A DNA stretch of 64,000 bases from Mobula hypostoma (Eukaryota): positions 139,936,001 through 140,000,000 of the forward strand of contig NC_086097.1 of NCBI RefSeq assembly GCF_963921235.1. The letters run 5' to 3'. Positions 51,455 through 61,676 of the stretch are shown piece by piece. A program made the position numbers and the translations under genes. Numbering within the stretch: the stretch's first letter is position 1; each line of letters starts with the position of its first letter. Under the pieces are notes generated by a model, which was given only the letters and a program-made list of their open reading frames with translations, searched no databases and was not told where the DNA came from.

Positions 51455-53530
51455 AAAAGTGGCATCACAGGTAGATAGGGTCATAAAGAAAGCTTTTGGG
51501 ATAGTGGCTTTCATAAATTAATATATTGTGTACACAAGTTGGGATGTTATGTTGAAGTTGCATGAGATGTTTGATGAAGCCTAATTTGGAGTATTGTGTC
51601 CAGTTTTTGACACCTGCCTACAGGAAAGATATCAAAAAGATTGAATGAGTGCATAGAAAATTTTCAAGGTTTTAGCCTGGACGAGGACCTGAGTTATAGG
51701 GAAAGTACTACTACTACTACTTCTTCGACTCAGGCCAAGGGGGCCGACGTCGGGCACGATGACGGACTCTCCACTTCTCCCTCTCCCTCATCAGTGTGTT
51801 CAGTTCATCTACGTTAGCTGCGCCACTGTCTTCTAGGAGCGTGTTGACCATAGTCTTGGGAGGGCGCCCAGGGTTCATCCTCCCATGCTTGGGCTCCCAT
51901 ATGATGACTAGGCTGGCAGGTAGCTCGGGATGGTGTAGACAGTGCCCGCTGGTTGCAGTCTTCTCACCTCGATTTTTGTAGTGAGCATCAGTAGGTCGTC
52001 TTAGAGCCCGACGTTCGTCATGTGCTGTTGCCAGCTCACATCAAGAGCCATCCAGAGCATTCGTGTATCGCAACCATCTAGAGTGCATAGTCTTGGTGAG
52101 TGTCCATATCTCACATCCATACGTGAGAATGGACTCTATGACTGCCGTGAAGATCCTCTTTTTAAGCCCTCTGGTCAGTTTCAACTTCCAGATTTCCTTC
52201 ACATCGTTCATAGCCCTCCACGCCAGCGCCTTCCGTATCTTTATATCCTTCTCCGAACTCATCATTCTTGACCAGAGGTACTTGTCAAAGACTTTCTTTA
52301 TGCTATCATTCTTTACGGTCTTGAGAGTACCTTCGTCGCAGTTAAACACCATGTACTCTGTGTCTTTTTAGCGTTTAGGTGAAGTCCAACTTTATTGCAC
52401 TCAATTTCCACTTTTGTCAGTAGCTGTTGTGCTTCCTCCGTCTGGTCAGAGAGCAGGACTATGTCATCTGCAAAATCGAGATCTGTGAGCGTAACTGGTC
52501 TGACCCTTTTGGTAAAACCAAGCTTTTCATGATCATTGGTAGCTTGACGTAGAGCGTAATCAAGGACGATTTTAAAGATGTAGGGTGCCAGAGTGTCTCC
52601 TTGCAGCACACCAGCTAGGAGCTCGAACACTGCTGTTTCTCTATCTGGTGATACAACTTTCACCATGGTTTGGGTATATTGCTCTGTTGCTCTCAGTAGA
52701 AGGTCTGGCACTCCGTAAGCTTTCAGGATCTTCAGTATTTTACCTCGGTGAATGGAGTCTAATATAGGGAAAGGTTGACTAGGAAAGGACTTTATTCCCT
52801 GGAGCATCGAAGAATGAGGGCAGATTTGATAGAGGTATTTAAATGATGAGGGGTATAGATAGGGTAGATGCAAGCAGGCTTTTTCCACTGAGGTTAGGTG
52901 AGACTAGAACCAGAGGTCATGGGTTAAGAGTGAAAGGTGAAATGTTTAGGGGAAACATGAGGGGGAGCTTCCTCACTCAGTGGTGAAAGTGTGAAACGGG
53001 TTGCCAGCAGAAGTGGTGGATGCAGCCTCGGTTTCAACATTTAAGAGAAATTTGGATAGCTACATGGATGGGAGGGGTATGGAGGGCTGTGGTCTGGGTG
53101 TGGGTCAATGGGACTAGGCGGATTAATAATTCAGCCTGGTTTAGGTGGGCTGAAGGGCTATTTCTGTGTTGTAGTGTTTTATAACTCTCTGCATAGACAG
53201 GGCAGATGGTCAGAAGTTTTTTTTCCCCATGTGTAGAAATGTACATTACTAGAGAGCATAGCTTAAAGGTGTGAGGGGGAAAGTCTAAAGGAGATTTATG
53301 AGGCGGGGGGAGCGGAAGTTCCTCTATGAGGCAAGTTTTTCTTTTTACAGAGAATCTGCTGAGGGAAATGGTAGAAGCAGATATAATAGATACACTTAAG
53401 ACAGGCACATATAACAGGTCTGGAATAGAAGGATATAGATCATGTGTGGATATATGTTTAAATTGGTATCATGGTTGGCAGAGACTTATTGGGCTGATGG
53501 GTCTGTTCTTGTGCTGCATTGTTTTATTTT
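51455..53530 (+). mobile_element. CR1 3' fragments, first one split by RTE
   Basis: CR1 sequence resumes at 52763; two successive CR1 3' tails near 53170 and 53520. Confidence 0.8.
51706..52762 (-). mobile_element. RTE-clade LINE, 5'-truncated
   Basis: DSIHRGK, GVLQGDTLAPYIF, DLDFADD, VGLHLNAKKT; (TAG)n tail; 11-bp TSD tatagggaaag at 51695-51705 and 52763-52773. Confidence 0.92.
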
Positions 53531-53739
53531 ATATTTAGATGACTATGTGGCTGGAGAGATAATACAGGGAGGAAATATTAGGATTCCTGGGGCATGTTGA
53601 CTCATTCTTGGGGATGTTGGTTACAGTTAAACCAGAGTAGAATTGATTCTTGCATCACAAATAGATTATAAATGGTTATGATAGTGTTATTGGAGATCCA
53701 TGACTGTAGAGTAACCAACAGTGAGAACATAAGAGCATT

Positions 53740-53868
53740 AGAAAATGACCCATGTGTTCAAAAATGGTCATTATCATGCTGTATTCTGTGGGAGTTGCTG
53801 TGGGCAAATTGGCTAGTACGTTTCTTATATTACAATAGCAACCACACTTTGAATGTGCTTCATCCGTA
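53740..53868 (+). mobile_element. Deu-SINE 3' remnant abutting a splice acceptor
   Basis: gtcattatc...tgtgggagttgctgtgggcaaattggct...tttcttatattacaatag...cacactt. Confidence 0.55.
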
Positions 53869-53895
53869 ACTAACTTTGTTTCTCTTTACTTCCAG

Positions 53896-53997
53896 GCACA
53901 TATAAGTAATCTACTGAAATCCAAGTTCACCAACTACAAGGATTTTGACACTCTGATGTACACGTGTGCTGTGGAGTTTGATTTCATGGAGATTGAG
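53896..53997 (+). CDS. DPY19L1: DPY19-like exon
   Basis: ctaac branch site + pyrimidine tract + ccag / gtgatc; 102 nt; [34 protein letters not shown]. Confidence 0.95.
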
Positions 53998-54858
53998 GTG
54001 ATCTTTTATTGATGAATGAAAAATATGCAATGGCAGAGCACTGGGAAACCCATGCTCATTAAAGAATGTTGTTCTTCTCTTAAAAGAAGTTTGATCTTCA
54101 CTCTTAAATTCTGCCACGAGTATTGAGAGATAGTATGAACTAGAAGTGTGCAAAGAGAAGGAATATTTTCTGGCTTTGCAAAGCACCTCAAGGAGACTGG
54201 CGGAGAGTCTGTGGGCAGCTTTGAAAACCCAGTCTCTCAGCAGCAGTGGTGTAAGGCAAGGCAGACAGACGGGCAATGTATTAACAGCAGCACAGAGAGT
54301 CAAAGAAGGTGCAAAATTAATTTTAATAAGTGATAATTTGGAATCTACTGTGAACATTATTCTAGTGCCTAACGTTGAACGTGATTCCTCCCTCCATCTG
54401 CTGGGAGTTAGCAGCTTGATCTTAGCACTTGTCTTTCTCCATTGCGTATGGCTGGACAGGGTCATCACATGTGATATCCCTACTGCTGTTCTGATTATGC
54501 CTTACCTTAGCTTCTTGGATGAACTGTTTAAACTTTCTATTATCGAAATGGTTGAATGAGAATTTGAGAGAATGCAGTCTTGCTTCAAATCTAGTCTTGA
54601 TTAGAATCCAGGCACCCTGCGTTCCTTTGGCCTTTATTTTCGCAATTCATCGCTCCTTAGTTTGATTCTTTATCTTTGGCTTCTTCAATTAAGTATGTGA
54701 AACAAAAATCCCTCTTAAGAAGAATCAAAATCAGGGTTAATATCTCTGGCATACTGTATGTCATGAATTAGTTTTGCGGCAGCAGTCCAACTATACTATA
54801 AATTAAGGTTATGTGTGTGTGTGTGTGCATATAATATATACATACACACACACGCACA

Positions 54859-56433
54859 CAGTGGCATGCAAAAGTTTGGGCACCCTTGGTCAAAATTTCT
54901 GTTACTGTGAATAGTTAAGCGAGTAAAAGATGAACTGATCTTCAAAAGTCATAAAGTTAAAGATGAAACATTCTTTTCAACATTTTAAGCAAGATTAGTG
55001 TATTATTTTTGTTTTGTACAATTTTAGAGTGGAAAAAAAGGAAAGGAGCAAAAGTTTAGGCACCCCAAGAGATTTGAGCTTTTACCAAGTTCTCAAACCT
55101 TAATTAGCTTGTTAGGGCTATGGTTTGTTCACAATCATCGTTAAGAAAGACCAGGTGATGCAAATTTCAAAGCTTTATAAATACCCTGACTCCTCAAACC
55201 TTGTCCCAACAATCAGCAGCTATGGGGTCCTCTAAGCAGCTGCCTAGCACTCTGAAAATTAAAATAAATGATGCCCACAAAGCAGGAGAAGGCTATAAGA
55301 AGATAGCAAAGCGTTTTCAGGTAGCCGTTTCCTCAGTTCGTAATGTAATTAAGAAATGGCAGTTAACAGGAACAGTGAAGGTCAAGTTGAGGTCTAGAAG
55401 ACCAAGAAAACTTTCTGAGAGAACTGCTCGTAGGATTGCTGGAAAGGCAAATCAAAACCCCAGTTTGACTGCATAAGACCTTCAGGAAGATTTAGCAGAC
55501 TCTGGAGTGGCGGTGCACTGTTCTACTGTGCAGTGACACCTGCACAAATATGACCTTCATGGAAGAGTCATCAGAAGGAAACCTTTCCTGCATCCTCGCC
55601 ACAAAATTCAGCATCAGAAGTTTGCAAAGGAACATCTAAGCAAACCTGATGCATTTTGGAAACAAGTCCTGTGGACTGATGAAGTTAAAATAGAACTTTT
55701 TGGGCGCAATGAGCAAAGGTATGTTTGGAGAAAAAAGGGTGCAGAATTTCATGAAAAGAACACCTCTCCAACTGTTAAGTACGGGGGTGGATCGATCATG
55801 CTTTGGGCTTGAGTTGCAGCCAGTGGCATGGGGAACATTTCACTGGTAGAGGGAAGAATGAATTAAATACCAGCAAATTCTGGAAGCGAACATTACACCA
55901 TCTGTAAAAAAGCTGAAGATGAAAGGAGGATGGCTTCTACAACAGGATAATGATCCTAAACACACCTCAAAATCCACATTGGACTACCTCAAGAGGCGCA
56001 AGCTGAAGGTTTTGCCATGACCCTCACAGTCCCCTGATCTAAACATCATCGAAAATCTGTGGCTAGACCTCAAGAGAACAGTGCATGCCGGACGGCCCAA
56101 GAATCTCTCCGAACTTGAAGCCTTTTGCAAGGAAGAATGGATGAAAATCTGCCAAACAAGAATTGAAAGACTCTTAGCTGGCTACAGAAAGCATTTACAA
56201 GCTGTGATACTAAATACTGACCATGCAGGGAGCCCAAACTTTTACTCCAGGCCCTTTTCTTTTTTTGTTATTTTGAAACGGTAAAAGATGGAAATTTTAA
56301 AAAAAATCATAAAATTTTACAGAAATGTGTCATCTTTAACTTGATGCCGTTTGGAAATCAGGTCATCTTTTACTTAGCTATTCACAGTAACAGAAATTTT
56401 GACCGGGGATGCCCAAACTTTTGCATGCCACTG
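54859..56433 (+). mobile_element. Tc1 transposon (DD34E), full length, pseudogenised
   Basis: about 200-bp TIRs starting CAGTGGCATGCAAAAGTTTGGGCA with an inner direct repeat; transposase 55222-56220 (GEGYKKIAK, WTDE, QQDNDPKH, SPDLNIIE; 34 residues between D and E) with stops and a frameshift. Confidence 0.95.
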
Positions 56434-56452
56434 TATTGTGTGTTTTTAATAA

Positions 56453-56456
<4 letters not shown>

Positions 56457-56499
<43 letters not shown>
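56457..56499 (+). repeat. (AC)n microsatellite
   Basis: about 21 uninterrupted AC units; shorter TG/CA tract at 54811-54860. Confidence 0.95.
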
Positions 56500-56501
<2 letters not shown>

Positions 56502-56639
56502 ATAGAATGATACAGTCCAAGTATAGGCAAGTGGGTAAATCAATTTGCATGAGTTAATGCCTACTGCAACACAACCTTTCCTAGACTCATTCAATAGATC
56601 AATATTATTATTGTTAATCTGCCTTTTTTTTGTTTTCAG

Positions 56640-56711
56640 ACTCCTGTGAGATATACAAAAACCCTGCTGCTCCCTGTGACTGCCTGTGTTTTAGCACTTA
56701 TTGTTGCAAAG
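56640..56711 (+). CDS. DPY19L1: DPY19-like exon (last seen in window)
   Basis: tgttttcag / gtaagt; 72 nt; TPVRYTKTLLLPVTACVLALIVAK. Confidence 0.93.
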
Positions 56712-57719
56712 GTAAGTTCTGTCATTTTAGATTAGACCTTTGTTTGACTCTGAGTGAAATATTTCTCTAACCATGCTAACATATGCAAAAAACACCTCGA
56801 ACCTCTTTGTTTCTGTAAAATCTTCCTGATTGGAAGGAAGTGCAGTGGTCTTTTTCAGATGCATTGAAAATAGTGATTGGAAAAATAGTTTTTTTAGTTA
56901 AATGCTGTGATTAATCTACATTGTAGGGTGCATCAATATCAGGGTGAGAGTTGAGATTTCCTTTGCACCAAGTGCTGTGAAGGGATGGCACAATAAATTT
57001 ATAGCATCACTTTGTGAAGCTGAGAATTATTGTTATGAGGCACAAAAGCGGTCTGACTTATGATAGCTATTTCTTTTCATGATCTTCTGCCAGACTTTGA
57101 TCTGAGTCTGTCCTCTGCATATGTTCCAGAAGGCATAGCTTTAAGGTGATTTGCAAGGCAGGATTTTTTACAGAGAGTAGTAGGTGTCTGTATAGAGCTG
57201 CCAGAGTAGGTGGTGGAAGGGGATACAAGAACAACAATTAAGAGTCTTTAAGATTGGCACATGAACAGGTAAAGAATAGATCGTATGAAGGCAGATGAGA
57301 TGACTTTAAATTGGTATGGTTGGCACAGACGTCAAGGGCCCAAGAACCTGTTTCTCTTCTGTACTGTTCTATGATTCTTTTTCTTCAATAATTTGCATGT
57401 GCTTTCTGATGTCATCAAACATATTTGCTTTCCTTGTTATGCATTTTTTTAACCTAAAGTTAAAGATCAAAGAGAAATATGAAAGTTGAGTAAATTCAAA
57501 GTAAACTTCAGAGGTGCTAATCTCAAGCTTTGAGCAGGAGACAGTAGTATCCCGCTGGATATTGTCTGCTTCAAAGTGAAGAAATAATGCTTTACAGTGG
57601 TTGAATGTTGATGGATCCATCCTGTTGTTCCACATCTTATTTTCCAAGAGGAAATGAAAGTTTACTTTCTGAAATACTCACATTGTGGAGCAGTGAGTGC
57701 TTGTCTGCAGCTCTATAAC

Positions 57720-59070
57720 ATTTTCAATCAAAGTGCATATGTCACCATGTATAATCCTGAGATTCATTATCTTGCGGGCATTCACTGTAAATGCAAAGAA
57801 ACAATAGAATTAATGAAAGGCGGCGCACAAGATGGACAAACAATGTGCAAAAGACAACAAATCATGCAAATACAAAAAGAAAACAAACAAAATAATAATA
57901 AATAAATAAACAATAAATGATAAGAACATTCGATAAAGAGCCCTTGAAACTTAGACCATAGGTTATGGGAGCAGTTCATTGTTGGGTTGAGTGAAGTTAT
58001 CTCCTTCAGTTCAAAAACATGATGGTTGAGGAATAATAACTGTCCCTGAACTTGGTGGTGCGGGTCCTGAGACTCCTGTACCTCCTTCCTGAAGATAGCA
58101 GTGAGAAGAGAGCATAGCCTGCATGGTGGGAGTCCTTGACGAATGGATGCTGCTTTCTTGCAACAGCACTCAATGTAGATTTGCTTAGTGATTGGGAAGG
58201 CTTTACCCATGATGGACTGGACTGTATCCACTACTTTTTATAGGATTTTCCATTTAAGGACATTGGGGTTTATACCAGGCTGTGATCAACCAATCAGTAT
58301 CCTCAACATTGCACAGCTATAGAAGTTTGGCAAAGTTTTAGATGTTATACCAAATCTTCACAAACTTCTACGAAAGTGGAGGTGCTGCCGTGCTTTGTGG
58401 ATAATGGCTGCGCCCAGGGCAAGTCATCTAAAATGATAACACTGAGGAATTTAAACTTGCTGATCCTCTCCACCTCTGATTCCTCAATAAGGACTGGCTC
58501 ATGGGCCTCTGGTTTCCTCATCCTGTAGTCAATCAGCTCCTTGGTCTTGCTGACATTGAGAGGTTGTTATTGTGGCACCACTCAGCCAGATTTTCCATCT
58601 CCCGCCTATATGCTGATTTGTTGCCCCATTTGATTCAGCCAACAACAATGGTGTCATCAGCAAACTTAAATATGGCAGTGAAGTTATGCTTAGCCTCACA
58701 ATTACAAAGCAAGTAGGGCAGGAAACTAAGTACACAGCCTTGTGGTGCACCAGTGCTGATGATTATTGTGAAGGAGGTGTTGCCGATCTGAATTGACTGG
58801 TGTCTGCAAGTTGCACAATGAGGTATTATGGCCTAGGTCTTGGAGCTCATTGATTAGTTTTAAGGGGATAATGGCATTGAATGCCGAGCAACGAAAAGCA
58901 TCGTGACGGATGCATATGCACTATCCAGATATTCCAGAAGGGACAATGAAATGGCATCTGCTGTTGACCCGTTGTGATGGGAGGCAAATTGGAACAGATC
59001 AAAGTCACTCCTCAGGTAGGAGTTGAAATGTTTCATTACCAACTTCTGAAAGCACTTCATCACTGTGGAT
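57720..59070 (-). mobile_element. Rex1/Babar LINE, decayed
   Basis: MKCFQKLVMKH...FDLFQFA...STADAISL; CCKKAASI. Confidence 0.8.
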
Positions 59071-60055
59071 CAACACACACAAAATGCTGGTGGAATGCAG
59101 CAGGCCAGGCAGCATCTCTAGGAACAAGTACAGTCGACATTTCAGGCCGAGACCCTTTGTCAGGACTAACTGAAAGAAGAGATAGAGATTTTAGAGGGGG
59201 AGGGGGAGATCTGAAATGATAGGAGAAGACTGGAGGGGGAGGGAAGAAGCTAAGAGCTGGAAAGTTGATTGGCAAAAGGAATACAGAGTTGGAGAAGGGA
59301 GAGGATCATGGGACAGGAGGCCTAGGGAGAAAGAAAGGGGGAGGGGAGCCCAGAGGAAGATGGAGAGCAGGCAAGGAGTGATTGTGAGAGGGACAGAGAG
59401 AGAAGAAAAAAAAAGGGGAGGACGAAAGAGATGTCTTTTTTTAAAGAAAGGGGCTTCCCTTCCTCCTCCAACAACTCTGCTCTCAAACGCATCTCCCCCA
59501 TTTCACGCACATCTGCTCTCACCCCATCCTCCCGCCACCCCACTAGGAATAGGGTTCCCCTTGTCCTCCCCACCCCACCAGCCTCCGGGTCTAACATATA
59601 ATTCTCCGTAACTTCTGCCACCTCCAATGGGATCCCACCACTAAGGACATCTTTCCCTCCCCCCGCCGCTTTCCGCAGGGATCACTCCCTATGCAACTCC
59701 CTTGTCCATTCACCCCACCCCCCCATCCCTCCCCACTGATCTCCCTCCCGGCACTTATCCTTGTAAGCAGAACAAGTGCTACACCTACCCTTACACTTCC
59801 TCACCACCATTCAGGGCCCCAGACGGTCCTTCCAGGTGAGGCGACACTTCACCTGTGAGTCGGCTGGTGTGATATACTGCGTCTGGTGCTCCCGGTGTGG
59901 CCTTCTGTATATTGGTGAGACCCGATGCACACTGGGAGACTGTTTTGCTGAACACATACGCTCTGTCTGCCAGAGAAAGCAGGATCTCCCAGTGGCCACA
60001 CATTTTAATTCCACGTCCCATTCCCATTCTGACATGTCTATCCACTGCCTCCTCA
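59071..60055. mobile_element. Penelope (Neptune-type): inverted pLTR (59071-59420, minus) plus 5'-truncated body (59420-60055, plus)
   Basis: FQVRRHFTCESAGVIYCVWCSRCGLLYIGET (GIY-YIG), preceded by a Cys-rich linker; body ends before its own pLTR. Confidence 0.88.
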
Positions 60056-60358
60056 TGGAGGATATGGTATCCTGTATGGCAGGATACTTGGTAGTGTGGA
60101 GGAGCAGAAGGATCTGGGGGTAAATGTCCACAGATCCCTCAAAGTTGCCACACAGGTGGATAGGGTAGTTAAGAAAGCTTATGGGGTGTTAGCCTTCATA
60201 AGTCGAGGGATAGAGTTTAAGAGTCGCGAGGTAATGACGCAGCTCTATAAAACTCGAGTTAGGCCGCACTTGGAGTACTGTGTTCAGTTCTGGTTGCCTC
60301 ACTATAGGAAGGATGTGGAAGCATTGGAAAAGGTACAGAGGAGATTTACTAGAATGCT
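60056..60358 (+). mobile_element. CR1 fragment
   Basis: QKDLGVNVH.SLKVATQVDRVVKKAYG...RPHLEYCVQFW...VQRRFTRM. Confidence 0.88.
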
Positions 60359-60423
60359 CAAGCAACACACGTCAAAGTTGCTGGTGAACGCAGCAGGCCA
60401 GGCAGCATCTCTGGGAAGAGGTA

Positions 60424-60465
60424 CAGTCGACGTTTCAGGCCGAGACCCTTCATCAGGACTAACTG
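60424..60465 (-). ncRNA. Minimal type I hammerhead ribozyme, canonical core
   Basis: cagttagtc-CTGATGA-agggtctcggcct-GAAA-cg-TC^gactg; stem I agtc/gact, stem II agg/cct, palindromic ACGT in place of stem III. Confidence 0.8.
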
Positions 60466-61392
60466 AAGGAAGAGTTAGTAAGAAATTTGAAAGTGGGAGG
60501 GGGAGATCAAAAATGATAGGAGAAGACAGGAGGGGGAGGGATGGAGCCAAGAGCTGGACAGGTGATTGACAAAAGGAATATGAGAGGATCATGGTACAGG
60601 AGGCCCAGGGAGAAGGAAAGGTGGGGGGGAATCCAAAGGATGGGCAAGGGGTATAGTCAGAGGGAGAAAAAGGAGAGAGAGAGAAAGAATGTGTGTATAT
60701 AAATAAATAACAGATGGGGTACGAGGGGGAGGTGGGGCATTAGCGGAAGTTTGAGAAGTCAATGTTCATGCCATTATGAGGCTACCCAGATGGAATATAA
60801 GGTGTTTTTCCTCCAACCTGAGTGTGGCTTCATCTTTACAGTAGAGGAGGCCGTGGATAGACATGTCAGAATGGGAATGGGATGTGGAATTAAAATGTGT
60901 GGCCACTGGGAGATCCTGCTTTCTCTGGCGGACAGAGCGTAGGTGTTCAGTCTGCGTCGAGTCTCGCCAATATATAGAAGGCCGCATTGGGAGCACCGGA
61001 CGCAGTATATCACCCCAGCCGACTCACAGGTGAAGTGTCGCCTCACCTGGAAGGACTGTCTGGGGCCCTGAATGGTGGTGAGGGAGGAAGTGTAAGGGCA
61101 TGTGAGCACTTGTTTCGCTTACAAGGATAAGTGCCAGGAGGGAGATCAGTGGGGAGGGATGGGGGGGACGAATGGACAAGGGAGTCGCGTAGGGAGCGAT
61201 CCCTGCGGAAAGCAGGGGGGGGGAGGGGAAGATGTGCTTAGTGGTGGGATCCCATTGGAGGTGGCGGAAGTTACGGAGAGTAATATGTTGGACCCGGAGA
61301 CTGGTGGGGTGGTAGGTGAGGACCAGGAGAACCCTATTCCTAGTGGGGTGGTGGGAGGATGGAGTGAGAGCAGTTGTGCATGAAATGGGGGA

Positions 61393-61676
61393 CACACATC
61401 AAAGTTGCTGGTGAACACAGCAGGCCAGGCAGCATCTCTAGGAAGAGGTACAGTCGACGTTTCAGTCCGAGACCCTTCGACAGGACTAACTGAAGGAAGA
61501 GTTAGTAAGAGACTTCCTCCCACTTTCAAATCTCTTACTAACTCTTCCTTCAGTTAGTCCTGTCGCCTGAAACATCGACTGTACGTCTTCCTAGAGATGC
61601 TGCCTGGCCTGCTGTGTTCACCAGCAACTTGATGTGTGTTGCTTGAATTTCCAGCATCTGCAGAATTCCTGTTGTT
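61393..61676. mobile_element. Palindromic mini-Penelope inserted in the Penelope ORF
   Basis: arms 61393-61512 and 61531-61638 are reverse complements; 16-bp TSD (15/16) tgcRtgaaatggggga at 61377-61392 and 61677-61692. Confidence 0.88.

Noticed and set aside
53911..54559. Overlapping 185-aa and 137-aa ORFs next to an exon
   Set aside because: No recognisable domain; fragments such as FFNEHGFPS and PADGG hint at a very old Penelope relic, too weak to call
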